A program made the translations under genes and the position numbers. A stretch of DNA of 64,000 nucleotides. Origin: Mobula hypostoma (Eukaryota). The stretch covers positions 21,266,001-21,330,000 of the forward strand of contig NC_086119.1 in assembly GCF_963921235.1 (NCBI RefSeq). The letters are read 5' to 3'. The notes under the pieces were generated by a model. The model was not told the origin of the DNA. It ran no database searches and worked only from the letters and a program-made list of their open reading frames with translations. Below, piece after piece: positions 49,874-61,751 of this stretch (the stretch's first letter is position 1; each line of letters opens with the position of its first letter).

Positions 49874-50689
49874 ATTATTTCTCGGGGTAAACACAATGTA
49901 TTTGACTGCTACTCTTCTCCTTTGGCAACCCTACCACAACCACCCCCTACACCCCGGTCGGCCAGTCCGCAAGAATATTGTCAATAATAAACCGGTCCGC
50001 AGTGCAAAAAAGTTTGGGGACCCCTGTGATAGAGGACTCTCAATAATTACAGTCAGGCTGCATTCCTTCAAAGAGAATTCTATTATTCTGCCTTTATGTT
50101 GCACTTTTCTTGCTCAATAATGCTCAAGACTGTTTGTTGGTTCAATGCATTTATTACATGTGAGGCAAATGTACCCAAATCATCCCAAATAGCCAGTATC
50201 TGCACCAGCTGTTATGTCAGAGCAATTTAACTAATCCCAGTCCCTTACCCTCACCTTCAATATTCTATTTTCCTTTCAGATACTCACCCAGCTCCTTTTT
50301 GAACACAGCAATTGAATCTGCCTTCACTGTTCCCTTGGCAGTATACGCCAGACTCTAACCATACACAGCGCAATAAAGCTTTTGCCAGTTACCTTCCATT
50401 CTCTGGAAGACTCCTGTCCCTCCAGCACTGGGAAACATTTCTAACTTCTCTTGCTTATCCCTTGCGATTTTTAATACTTCCATCAGATTTGCCAACCTTT
50501 TCTAATCCAAGGAGAAGGAACTCAGACCCTCCACATTAAGTCCTCACCTCTGGAACCATTTTGGAAATTTTGTTTCCAGTGTTCCTAAAAGGTTGGAAGC
50601 TCTAAAAAGCTGTACTGTTCTATGTTCTTTCAAAGGAAAAACACTGCAGTATTTTGGTTTATAACTCATACAATGTAACACGGTTCCAA

Positions 50690-51310
50690 TTGTTGGAAGT
50701 GGAACAATTGATGAATGCACAATGATCAATTCCAATCACGTCTCCTCAGCAAATGAAGCGGTCTCAGCTGCTATAGCAAGACCTCGACAACGCTCAGGTG
50801 TGAGCTGATAAGCAGCAAATAACATTCATAACAAAAAAGCTTCAGGCAACAGTCATCTCTAAGCATTCACCCATGACATTTAAAGGTATTACTAACCCCA
50901 AGTGGCCTAGCAACAATGAAACTCAATCGGACTGGACATAGAAGTTCCATGACTATAAGAGTAGATCAAAGGAATGGGTAATTTGCCAACACTCTAAAGC
51001 CATTCCATTGTTTCCCCATCTACAAGGCCTGTCAGGAATTTCATGGAATACTCTCCTCTTGCAATGCAAACTCCTCTCTGCTGGACTCCATTCAGGACAA
51101 AGCATCCCGCTTCGTTGCCACCCGCAGTGCAGTGGTTGCAGGATGCATCATGAACAAGATGCACAGCAGTTACTTGTCTTGGCTACCCTCACAATAGCGG
51201 CCAAAACCCTTGACCTCTGCCACAAAGCAGCACTCATTCATGGAAACACATTCACTGATGTTGGCAAGACCAGCTCTGCGCTGAGCCAAAAAGAATCATG
51301 TACAAGCCAG
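50690..51310 (+). mobile_element. Ancient CR1/L2-type LINE relic
   Basis: gatgaatgcacaatg...gcaagacctcgacaacgctcagg...gctgataagcagcaaataacattc (DD...QDLDN.Q.WADKWQ.TF pattern). Confidence 0.55.
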
Positions 51311-52756
51311 TTTAAGTAAGGATGGCAGATTTCTTCCCTGAAGGGCACCAGTGAATGGGTGGGTTGTTATCTAATAACCCACTATTGTTATTACTGCTAC
51401 TAGCTATATATATATACACACACACACACATACACTGTAATTTCATTTTTTATTATGTGTTGTAATGTACTGCTGCCACAAAACAACTAATTTCATTATA
51501 TAAGCTCGTGATATTAAACCTGATTCTGGTACTTAATTAACCAAACATAAATTGCTTTAGTTGGATTAAAGTCTCAAGTCTGTAGCCCAATACCATAACC
51601 ACCACAACATTCAAGTCCAATGCTTCCATACTCATCTGAAACTGATTTACAAAATCCAGAGATAGGTTTCTCATTTTATAGCATCACATTCATCCTGATA
51701 ACTGGTCACAATTTAATTAAGGAAATTATGCGTATTCAAATGATGCTGCACTAGGGCCTGACCACAGAATTTGCATTAAAGGCACTATTGTAAATGTGGT
51801 GACTGATTTTAAACAAGCATGTTAAGATAACAGGGAAAGCACACATGAAAAGAAATCCGTGATAATATTTATAATTTACAGCATGATTGTGACATCAATT
51901 TATCTCTGAGAATCAGAAACCTTTTAGATTCCATTGGCATCCCTAAATTAAGTTGGATATCATTCACTAAAAGATAATAAATAAATTAACAAATCCTAGC
52001 ACAAGTTAAGGCCCAAGTCATCTGAGTTTAACATTCTCTGTACCAAAAGTAGAAGCAATCCTTTGCCAATATCCATAGCAACAGAATATTTATATCCAAT
52101 TCCAAGGCATCAGATTTGCAGATAGAAGCTGCCAGATTTTGGCAAAAGCTATTTGTAGTAAAACTCTCCACGAAATATTGCCAAGAAAGGAGAGATAAGT
52201 CTGTCATCTGACGATGTGTAAGAACAGGGCATTAATCACCAGCCAAATGCAAAGATTTAGAGTCTCAATCAGTTAAAATGCTATTTGTGCTATTACTCCC
52301 CAAAATTCATACTATTACTTATTATAGCACAAAGAAAAAATAAAATATAATTGTCCATTAATGAATATACAACTAATAAGGTCAATCATAGAATCAATAT
52401 TTGCAGGAAATGATTCTGTAAATTCCCACAATGATGCACAGAAGTGGTGGGTATCACATTTGTTTGTAGTTACAAATACTGGACCCTACCTCTGAATACT
52501 CTGCAAATATCTTTACCCTCTCAAGGACATCCTGGAAATGGTGGCATAGTGGTTGAATGACAAAACATGAAAAGCAGAGGGTTGGACTGGACCATACAGA
52601 AACTTTCAAGTCACATCAGGAAACATAAATTGAAGTCAGTTAGCAAACTCTGTCCATGGTGACCTCAGGACCATTGACTAAAGGTCACTTGTTTCATTAA
52701 CACCCAGGTGGCCATCAATTAAAATAGCAACACTGCTGAAAAAAAAAACACAACGT

Positions 52757-53283
52757 GCACTCAGTAGCAGTTTTTGGGTACACATGTACTCTTGCTCATT
52801 AACGCAAATATCTAATCAGCTAATCATGTCGCAGCAACTCAATGCAGACATCTATACAGACATGGTCAAGAGGTTCAGTTGTTTTTCAAACCAAACATCA
52901 CAATGGGGGAGAAATGTGATCATGGAATGGTTGTTGGTGCCAGATGGGGTGGTGTGAGTAGCTCACACTGCCGATCTCCTGGGAGTTTCACACACAACAG
53001 TCTCTAGAGTTTAAGGAGAATTGTGCAAAAAAAATCCAGTAAGTGGCAGTTCTGTGGGCGAAAATGCCTTGTTAATGAGAGAGGTCAGAGGAGAATGGAC
53101 AGACTGGTTCAAGCTGACAGGATGGAGACAGTAACTCAAATAATGTGTTACAATGGTGGCATGCAGAAGAGCACCTCTGAATGTACAACACATCAAAACT
53201 TGAAATGGATGGGCCAGAGCAGCAGAAGATCATGAACATACACTCAGTGGCCAATTTATTTGGTATAATAAGTACCTTATAAA
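52757..53283 (+). mobile_element. Tc1-derived non-autonomous element
   Basis: CACTCAGT ends; HTH-region relic MGEKCD..GMVVGARWGG...SSKWQFCGRKCLVNERGQRRMDRLVQADRM.TVTQI. Confidence 0.88.
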
Positions 53284-54297
53284 TGAATCCCAAACTTGCA
53301 ATGAATGGTTCTCCTCTGCAAAGAATCTCATCAATGCCAGTCAGTTCCTACACAATCAAACGGCTATTAATAAGACAAGATTGCTTCCTGTGAGGCATTA
53401 TTATGGTGTCCACAACATCGACAAATCTGCACTCTCAGTGATGGCTAATGAAAGCATCGAGGAGTGAAAACACAGCCAATTCCATTGCAGAGATATTTTT
53501 GTTACTAATGTTCAGGATCTAGACATCACTGATTACCATTTATTGTTCCTTCCTCATAGGCATTGAGCATTTGGTGTTGAGCTACCTTCCTGAGTCCACC
53601 ACAGATTCTCTGGTGAGATCTGTGCTGATTTAGGATGGTAGTTCAACATCAAGTTCTCAATGCACATAAGAGAACAACAATAAATGCTTGTCGATATTCC
53701 TACACTACTACGTGTTTGGGAGTTCCAGAATTTAAACCCAGCAACGAGCAGCCAGAAACATATTTGCAAACAGATGGCACAGGACTTGGAAGAAACCCTG
53801 CAGATGATGGATTTCCTATTCATTATGTTGACCTCATCACTGGTGACAGATGTTGCGGGCTTTGGAGGTATTGCCAGATAGCATAAATAGGTAACTACAG
53901 TTCATGGTACACTCTGCACCAAATGTGTGCCGGTGGTTGAGGGAATGAATTTAGGGTGGCCGATCCTAGACAAGCAGGCTGCTTTGAGCTGGATGGCGCT
54001 AAGCGTAGGACATGTTGGCATTGTATGAATCCAGAGTATCTATCCACTGTAGGTGGTAGGAGACCTTGAATTGTCAGGAGGCAGGACTTTCACTGTTGGA
54101 TAACCAGTCTCGGAACTGCTCTTTAAGCCATAGTATTTACCTGATTGGTAGACTGAAGGTTTGGTTACAGATGAGCATCCCCCAGAGAATGTTGATGATA
54201 GGGGTTCCATTTGAATGTCAAGACTCAGTTAGATTCCCTTTTGTTGGAGAGTCATTATCTGGATTTTTTGTTACCAGATGTCTGTTTGTGCATGAAT

Positions 54298-54355
54298 ATA
54301 ACCAAAAGAGGTCCTGTAGATGCTGGAAATTTTGAGCAACACATGCATACACACA

Positions 54356-54415
<60 letters not shown>

Positions 54416-54475
54416 GGTGGAACTCAGCATCATCTATGGAAGGGAATAAACAGATGACATTATGGGCCAAGATGT
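54298..54475 (-). mobile_element. Penelope-like pseudo-LTR fragment with expanded (CA)n
   Basis: ctgtagatgctggaaat...gagcaacac[(CA)n]aaaggtggaactcagcatcatctatggaagggaataaacag. Confidence 0.75.
54346..54413. repeat. (CA)n microsatellite
   Basis: About 30 CA units seen directly. Confidence 0.97.
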
Positions 54476-54867
54476 TAATGTACTAGGAACTAGGAAGGGG
54501 ACACGACTGTTGTTTAGACAGAGAGTATGTCTTCACCTGAGGAACTGGAAATGGAGTTGAACATTGTGCAGTCATCAGCAAACATTCTCATTCTGATCTC
54601 ATGACGCAAGGATGGTTACTGATGACGTAGTTAAACATGTTAGGCTCTTGAACACCCCCTAGGATGCTCTTAAGGCTGGAATGATTGACATCCTACATCC
54701 ATTTTAATTTTCCTTTGTCTAAGATACAACATCATCCATTGCTGGAATTTCCCTTTGACACCTGTTGACATTGTATTACCATAATGCCACCTTTAGCTAA
54801 ATGCTATTTTGATATTGAGGGCAATGACTCTCAACACTTCTCTCAAATTCGGATTGAAAAAAACTGC

Positions 54868-55352
54868 AAATGAGGGGGACCTCATTGAAACCCATTGAAT
54901 ATTGAAAGGCCTAGAAAGAGTAGATATGGAGAGTGTGTTTCCTGCAGTAGGGGAATTTAGGACCAGACAGCATGGCCTCAAAATAAAGTGATGTACGAAT
55001 AAACTCTTCTTGGGTTTCCAGCCTGGTACAGGTATTGATTATAACTGACGTTTCAATGACAAACTCTGCCATCTTCTTCAGGGATGTACGCTTACAACAG
55101 AGTTGAGGAGGAATTTCTTTAGCCAGAGGGTGGTGAATCTGTGGAATTCATTGCCACGGACAGCTGTGGAGGCCAAGTCATTGGGTATATTTAAAGCGGA
55201 GCTTGACAGTTCTTGATTAGTAAGGGTGTCAAAGGTTACATGGAGAAGGCAGGATAATGGGGTTGAGAGGGATAACAAATTAGCCATGATGAAATGGTGG
55301 AGCAGATTTCATGGGTTGAATGGCCTAATTCTGCTCCTATCTATGGTCTTAT
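54868..55352 (+). mobile_element. CR1 LINE 3' end, interrupted at 54998-55082
   Basis: atgagggggacctcattgaaac...aatggcctaattctgctcctatctatggtcttatg. Confidence 0.88.
54998..55082 (-). mobile_element. Second Penelope-like family: 85-bp pLTR end with a distinct hammerhead motif
   Basis: On the minus strand: CTGAAGA-A-GATGGCA-gagtt-TGTCATT-GAAACGTC. Exact 8-bp TSD GATGTACG at 54990-54997 and 55083-55090. Confidence 0.8.
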
Positions 55353-55540
55353 GCTGGAAATCTGACACAAAAACAGAAAATGCTGGAAAAGCTCAACAAA
55401 TCAGGCAGCATCTTTGAAGGTAAAATGGTCATCTTTTTCGGTCTATGAATAGTCCCGGAAACATATACAGTATTTATCTTTCCACAGGTGCTGCTTGACT
55501 TGCTGAGTTTTTCCAGTATTTTCTGTTTTTTTTGTATTAG
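55351..55540. mobile_element. Old two-armed Penelope-like relic
   Basis: aaaaacagaaaatgctggaaaagctcaacaaatcaggcagca is inverted to tgctgcttgacttgctgagtttttccagtattttctgttttt. Confidence 0.7.
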
Positions 55541-56183
55541 CAAGTTGGTTATTGCTGATAACCAACAATATTGGTTTACTATTACTGTCAACAACAGCTT
55601 CCATTACCTTGCCTGGGAGTAGACTGGTTGGATGGTAGTCAGACACACCTAAGCAATTTTCTCTATTAATTAGATAGTCAGCAATGTTCAAATTGTCCAA
55701 CTGGCAGAGGTGTACCTAGTTCTGGAGTGAACATCTTCAGTACTTAATTCAGATGTTGTTTGTTCCCAGAGATTTCACTATTTTCAGTACTCTCAGCCAT
55801 TTCGTTAACATGCAAGGGGAAGATAAAATTGGTTGAAGAGCGTCTTTTGTGATTGCTGGAATTTCAAGAGGAAACTGAAATGGATCATGTCATTTGTACT
55901 TCTGGCCGAACACAATTGTGGAATCTTTAGCCTTTTCTTTATCAACAGAATGAATGCTAACCTTAGATCTCCAACAACTGGGATCAGCCATCAATGCAAG
56001 AACTAGAATTTCAGTCTGAATGGCTTGGGAATACATTGCTCTTAGCAAGGGTCTCCTGATGAGTTACACTCTAATGGTAGATCAATAATTGAGGTCACCA
56101 CTGTTTCAAGAGAGTAATTTCTGACATCTATTAAGTTTAAAATGTATTAAGTTTCCAAATACAATGAGATTGGCAATGTATCA

Positions 56184-57336
56184 CACAGGAGATTAGTGTG
56201 CAAACTTAAAGCACACGGTATTGGGGGTAAGGTATTGGTGTGGGTGGAGAATTGGTTAGCAGACAGGAAGCAAAGACTGGGAATAAACGGGACCTTTTCA
56301 GAATGGCAGGCGGTGACTAGTGGGGTACCGCAAGGCTCAGTGCTGGGGCCCCAGTTGTTTACAATATATATTAATGACTTGGATGAGGGAATTAAATGCA
56401 GCATCTCCAAGTTTGCAGATGACACAAAGCTGGGTGGCAGTGTTAGCTGTGAGGAGGATGCTAAGAGGATGCAGGGTGACTTGGATAGGTTGGGTGAGTG
56501 GGCAAATTCATGGCAGATGCAATTTAATGTGGATAAATGTGAAGTTATCCACTTTGGTGGCAAAAATAGGAAAACAAATTATTATCTGAATGGTGGCCGA
56601 TTAGGAAAAGGGGAGGTGCAACGAGACCTGGGTGTCATTATACACCAGTCATTGAAAGTGGGCATGCAGGTACAGCAGGCGATGAAAAAGGCGAATGGTA
56701 TGCTGGCATTTATAACAAGAGGATTCGAGTACAGGAGCAGGGAGGTACTACTGCAGTTGTACAAGGCCTTGGTGAGACCACACCTGGAGTATTGTGTGCA
56801 GTTTTGGTCCCCTAATCTGAGGAAAGACATCCTTGCCATAGAGGGAGTACCAAGAATGTTCACCAGATTGATTCCTGGGATGGCAGGACTTTCATATGAA
56901 GAAAGACTGGATGAACTGGGCTTGTACTCGGAATTTAGAAGATTGAGGGGGGATCTGATTGAAACGTATAAGATCCTAAAGGGATTGGACAGGCTAGATG
57001 CAGGAAGATTGTTCCCGATGTTGGGGAAGTCCAGAACGAGGGGCCACAGTTTGAGGATAGAGGGGAAGCCTTTTAGGACCGAGATTAGGAAAAACTTCTT
57101 CACACAGAGAATGGTGAATCTGTGGAATTCTCTGCCACAGGAAACAGTTGAGGCCAGATCATTGCCTATATTTAAGAGGGAGTTAGATATAGCCCTTGTG
57201 GCTACGGGGGTCAGGGGGTATGGAGGGAGTGCTGGGGCGGGGTTCTGAGTTGGAGGATCAGCCATGATCATAATAAATGGCGGTGCAGGCTCGAAGGGCC
57301 GAATGGCCTACTCCTGCACCTATTTTCTATGTTTCT
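56184..57336 (+). mobile_element. Young 5'-truncated CR1 LINE with an open ORF2 C-terminal part (ORF 56196-57248)
   Basis: 350 aa without stops: SGVPQGSVLGP, KFADDTKL, LVRPHLEYCVQFWSP. (TTTCTATG)n tail; TSD ATGTATCA at 56176-56183 and 57337-57344. Confidence 0.95.
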
Positions 57337-57631
57337 ATGTATCATTGATCTTAAAGATGCAGAAACTTTTGAATTTACTGTCAGTAATACAATTTCTGTC
57401 TGTTTAAATTAGTCTTGCAGAATTGTATTCTTCAGAAACATTCACTCCAGTGCAATGACCAACAGCATAAGGAATGATGCAACAAACTCTCTTCCTAATC
57501 TCTTTTCATAGAAACCTTCATTTATACTGAGCTGCTATTTTCAGAGCATATATTCTGTTTGTCTCTATAAAAAGCACTAGATTGCATCAAAAACAAATCA
57601 TACTCTAAATTTGGCATCAAGATAAAAGAGC

Positions 57632-58016
57632 GATAGAGGATGAGAGGTGACCTGATAGAGGTGTATAAGATGATGAGAGGCATTGATCGTGTGGATAGTC
57701 GGAGGCTTTTTCCCAGGGTTGAAATGGCTAACACAAGAGGGCACAGTTTTAAGGTGCTCGGAAGTAGGTACAGAGGAGATGTCAGGGGTAAGTTTTTTTA
57801 CACAGAGAGTGGTGAGTGTGTGGAATGGGCTACTGGTGACGGTGGTGGAGACGGATACAATAGGGTCTTGTAAGAGACTCCTGGATAGGTACATGGAGCT
57901 TAGAAAAACAGAGGGCTATGGGTAACCCTAGCTAATTTCTAAAGTAAGTACATGTTTGGCACAGCATTGTGAGCCGAAGGACCTGTATTGAGCTGTAAAT
58001 TTTCTACGTTTCTATG
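57632..58016 (+). mobile_element. CR1 LINE 3' end
   Basis: MRGDLIEVYKMMRGIDRVDSRRLFP...TRGHSFKV; tttctacgtttctatg tail. Confidence 0.9.
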
Positions 58017-58184
58017 ATTTCACCTGACCATTTCTTTCTCATGACAACACAACAGCAATCCTCGCTGAGCCAATAAACTGATGCAAGACTGACACTCTCA
58101 AATTTTGTACTTTACATAATTGTTTGCAGTAATCTTAACATTGCAGTCTCCATTTACCTATCTGTCACAGCACCCAGGGAAATA

Positions 58185-58497
58185 TGCACACAACATGCTG
58201 GAGGAACTCAGCAAGCCGGTTAGCATCTATGGAGCCGGAATAAACGGTCAATGTTTAAGGCTGAACCCATCACCAGGAGACCTGATGAAGAGTCTCAGCC
58301 CGAAACTTTGACTGTTTACTCATTTGTATCATTTCTTAATGCATGTATGCATTTCTAAATGATAATAAAAGAGGACTGAGTGTTCTCATAATCGAATCTA
58401 ATCTAATTTTCATAGATGCTACCTGGCCTGCTGAGTTCCTCCAGCATTTTGTGTGTGCATCTTTGGATTTCCAGCATCTGCAAATTTTCTCCTGTTT
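58185..58497. mobile_element. Two-armed Penelope-like insertion with a nested stem-loop tail fragment (58324-58407)
   Basis: Minus arm 58185-58278; plus arm from cctgatgaagagtctcagcccgaaac at 58281. Confidence 0.8.
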
Positions 58498-59393
58498 CTG
58501 CTACAGTGCCCATTTGATACTTGCAGCAGTAAAGCACAAGACTTCCCCAGGATACATTCACGGATAAAATCAAACTGGACAATCGTGTAACATTTGAGTG
58601 CTGCAATGTTATAACCTGAATGACAAGGTCAGTTGCAGGAAACTCCTAGAATTTTAAGCCTCATAGTTTATTTGTAAGTGAAGGGTAGAAAAAGCTGTCA
58701 CTAAAGCGGGGGGGGGGGGGGGTGAAGCTACTTGGAGGAGTTGGCACTGCTTTTGTGTCTTTCCTGATTATTTACTAATGTTTGGCCAAAAAAAACAACT
58801 TAAAAGGACTTTTATTTGAGACAGCTGTCACTGAATTTACTGCTTGGGAATCACAAGACACAAAATCACAAGTCAGCCCTTATGCAGTTATTTTCCTGAA
58901 GCAACTTTGATATTTTTTTCTCTTTTTGAACCCTTCTTTTCTGCTCCCACCCAGATTCCAACTCCAACAACAAACTAGAACTGAGGTTCAGAGATGCAAA
59001 GACCTACTAATTTACTTAGGCCTACCACTGAAGAGGGCAAGTCATTTCCTGGATTATACCAGGAATGTCATTCATTGGGGGAAAAAAAAGCAATTGTTAA
59101 GTGTTATGAAAATTAAAGCACCATGTGCCTTGACTTTCCCAGTGGCACTTTAATTCATGAAGTGACCTATTAATTATTCCTTTCAAAAATTGTTAGGCAG
59201 AGTTGAATCTGGTTTAGAATTTTTCTCCAGGGTCAATCATTCCACCACTTGATGGCCGTTCGTAACAGCCCTCGGGAATTTCATATTCAACTCAAACAAG
59301 CAAAACATCCCATGCTTTTGAGGTAAAGTACTTGTGCTGTTGTTTTGTTGAAAGTGCTCAGATTTTGACCCTGTATTAATGAAGGAACAATGG

Positions 59394-59830
59394 TAAACAC
59401 AAGACTCTGCAGTTCTTGGAAATCCAGAGCAACACACACAAAATGCTGAAGGAACTCAGCAGGTCAGGCAGCATCTATGGAGCCGGAATAAACAGTCGAC
59501 GTTTCAGGCCAAGACCCTTCATCAGGACTGGTAAGGAAGGGGGAGGAAGCCAGAATAAGAAGATGGGTGGAGTTCAAGTTGGTAGGAGACAGGTGAGGGG
59601 GAAGGTGGATGAGTTGGGGGGTGGCGGTTGAAGTGAGAAGTTGATTAAAGTAGAAATGATAGGGGAAGAGGTAAAGGGTTAAAGAAGGAATCTGATAGGA
59701 GAGGAGAGTGGACCATGGGAGAACTGGAATGAGTGGGACCAGAGGGAAGTGATGGGCAGGTGAGATGAAGATAAGGGGTATGAGGGAAACCAGAATGGGG
59801 AACAGGGAAAGAGAGAAGGGGACGGGGAGT
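59394..59830 (-). mobile_element. Penelope-like pseudo-LTR
   Basis: Full 3' end plus purine-rich body on the plus strand. Confidence 0.88.
59493..59530 (-). ncRNA. Best-preserved minimal type-I hammerhead ribozyme motif
   Basis: CAGTC CTGATGA AGG-GTCTTGG-CCT GAAA CG TC^ GACTG: perfect 5-bp stem I, intact core, palindromic ACGT stem III, GUC cleavage triplet. Confidence 0.85.
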
Positions 59831-60500
59831 TGCACCTACACATTTCCATATGAGAACAGCCCACAGCTTGGCAGGGGTACTCTCAGATCGGAATGTGAAG
59901 TGATAGGGGACACGGGTTTGGAACCAAAGTAGCCTTGGAGAACAGTACACCTTTGAAAAATCATATAATTATTTGGAAATCAACCTTGCTTCATAAATAG
60001 ATAATATAGAAGGCTATTGGAATGAAGCATATCATGTTTGTAGTGGCTTGTGAGCGGGGAATGTGAAAGATTAGGAGGGAGAAAATTAAGAAGGGATGAC
60101 GTATCAAGTGAGTGATATGCCAAAGGAATCTCTAATTAAAGTAGAGACAAAAGTCCAGACTGTCTCAGACATGGGAGAAATTACATAAAATACATTTAAG
60201 GCTCACAAGAAAATTAAAATTTAATTCAAGAGTGTATATGAAGGAATGCTAAAAGGTTTAAACAGTTTAGGTTTTAATTTTTCAATAGACATTGGCATTT
60301 TTGCTGCATTCCAAGATGGAAAGTAATTCAGGCCATGAAGTATAAGTATTGGGGTTATTCTGCCACTAAATTCTTCAGTCTAGGATTTATTTCCTACCCA
60401 CTGCTGAACCATGCATAGCAAATATGAATAAAGTGTTCAATTTCTGTTCGGATAAGCGAACAAGCAACCGACACTGCCTGTTGGGGCGCCCGAGTTGGAG

Positions 60501-60513
60501 CCAGCAGGAGGCA
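60501..60513 (+). promoter_or_regulatory. Candidate CTCF-binding motif
   Basis: CCAGCAGGAGGCA vs consensus CCASYAGRKGGCR (one mismatch), next to a small CpG cluster in unique DNA. Confidence 0.35.
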
Positions 60514-60917
60514 ATGTAGAGTAAGTGAACAACAGGTCATTTTGGTCAATCAATCTCATCCCCTCCTCAGGAAAAGAGTTCAGCTGCTTTTCTAATCTTT
60601 AGTAACACTACCAGCATCACAGATACACCAAATAGCAGAGAAAGCAACTAAAGGCCATCTTAAGGGAACTCAGTAGAAAATCCTCCGCAAATTCTGTAAG
60701 GCTCAATAAAGATTCAGGAGACCATGAATACCCACAATGCATCAGCAAGGATAGCCAATTCTTTACCTTCGCCCCGTTTATAGCCTCAAAGTCTACAGGA
60801 GCACTCAATGCATGGGATGAAAAGATACTGTTTGTATCCATCAGACATGGAACATGGAATTACTTCCCAACTTATTTGTCTCACTTCAAGAATTAACCTG
60901 ACAAAAAAACCATCCAA

Positions 60918-61610
60918 CGAACATAGAGCAATACAGCACAGTGCTGGCCCTCCAGCTAATAATATTGTGCAGACTTTTAACCTAATTCCATATCAATCTA
61001 ACCCGTCCCTCCCAAATAGCCCTCCATTTTCTTTCATCTATGTGCCCATCTAAGAATCTCTTAAATGTCCCTTACGTATCTGCCTACTTCTGACATTCCC
61101 CCCAATGCCTCCTCCAATCACCTTTAAAGTATGCCCTTTTGTATAAGCCATTTCCACTCTGGGGAAAAAGGTGCTGACTGTCCCCCCTCCCTATGCCTAT
61201 AATCATCTTATACACTTTTATCAAGCCTCCTCTCAAAAGCTTCCACATCCTTCTTATAATGAGGTGACTCGAACTAAGCACAATACTCTTGGTGGGGTCT
61301 AACCAGAGTTTCGTAGAGCTGCAACATTACTTTGCAGGTGCTGAACTCAGTCTCTCAACTAATGAAAGCCAACATACTATATACCATCTTAATCATCCTA
61401 TCAACTTGTGCAGTGTCTTTTGAGGGATCTAGGGACCTGGATCCTAAAATCCTTTTGTTCCTCCACATTTTAAGGATCTTGCCAATAACCCTGTATACTG
61501 CCTTCAAACTGGACCTTCCAAAGGGAATCACTTCAGACTTTTCCTGGTTGATCTCCGTCTGCCAACTCCATCAGCTCCAAATCCTGTCAATGATCCATTG
61601 TAACCTAGGA
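60918..61610 (-). mobile_element. CR1 LINE 3' fragment
   Basis: Antisense GLIKVYKMIIGIGRGDSQHLFP; CR1 3' UTR at the left end. Confidence 0.8.
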
Positions 61611-61751
61611 ACCATGTTGAAATTTGAAATCCTCCAGTTATACTATCTCCTTGAAAAAATAAACAAACCAGTCCAGTTGGCCAATCAAAAAATTTTCACA
61701 ATTGAGGTGAGTATTTTTGATAGCAACTTTATCCTGAAAACATTCAACTTT

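Larger units (their letters stand above)
48550..50026 (+). mobile_element. Non-autonomous hAT-Charlie/Buster DNA transposon with nested LINE fragments
   Basis: TIRs CGGTGGTCCCCAACC / GTTTGGGGACCCCTG; 8-bp TSD TGATCGAG / TGATAGAG. Transposase C-terminus LPEFWIKVKAKYPEIATKAMKMLLPFPTYLC...TKTKLRNRLD...LRVSLS at ~48720-49020. Confidence 0.92.
53480..54840 (-). mobile_element. Ancient CR1/L2-type LINE relic (interrupted)
   Basis: Antisense counterpart of 18760-19915 (ttgaacattgtgcagtcatcagcaaacat encodes MFADDCTMF). Confidence 0.55.

Noticed and set aside
54211-54486. ORFs with HT or CV dipeptide runs
   Set aside because: They are translations of the (CA)n microsatellite.
56582-57271. 229-aa minus-strand ORF (also 56147-56563 and 63015-63329)
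   Set aside because: These are antisense shadows of open CR1 and RTE frames, with no independent protein features.
1823-59530. CRISPR-like recurrence of a ~35-bp partly palindromic motif
   Set aside because: Copies are dispersed on both strands inside pLTRs, with no regular spacers and no cas genes; the DNA is eukaryotic.
60617-60841. ORF MDTNSIF...GAK with a donor-like AAG|GTAAAG
   Set aside because: No recognisable homology, weak donor and no partner exons.
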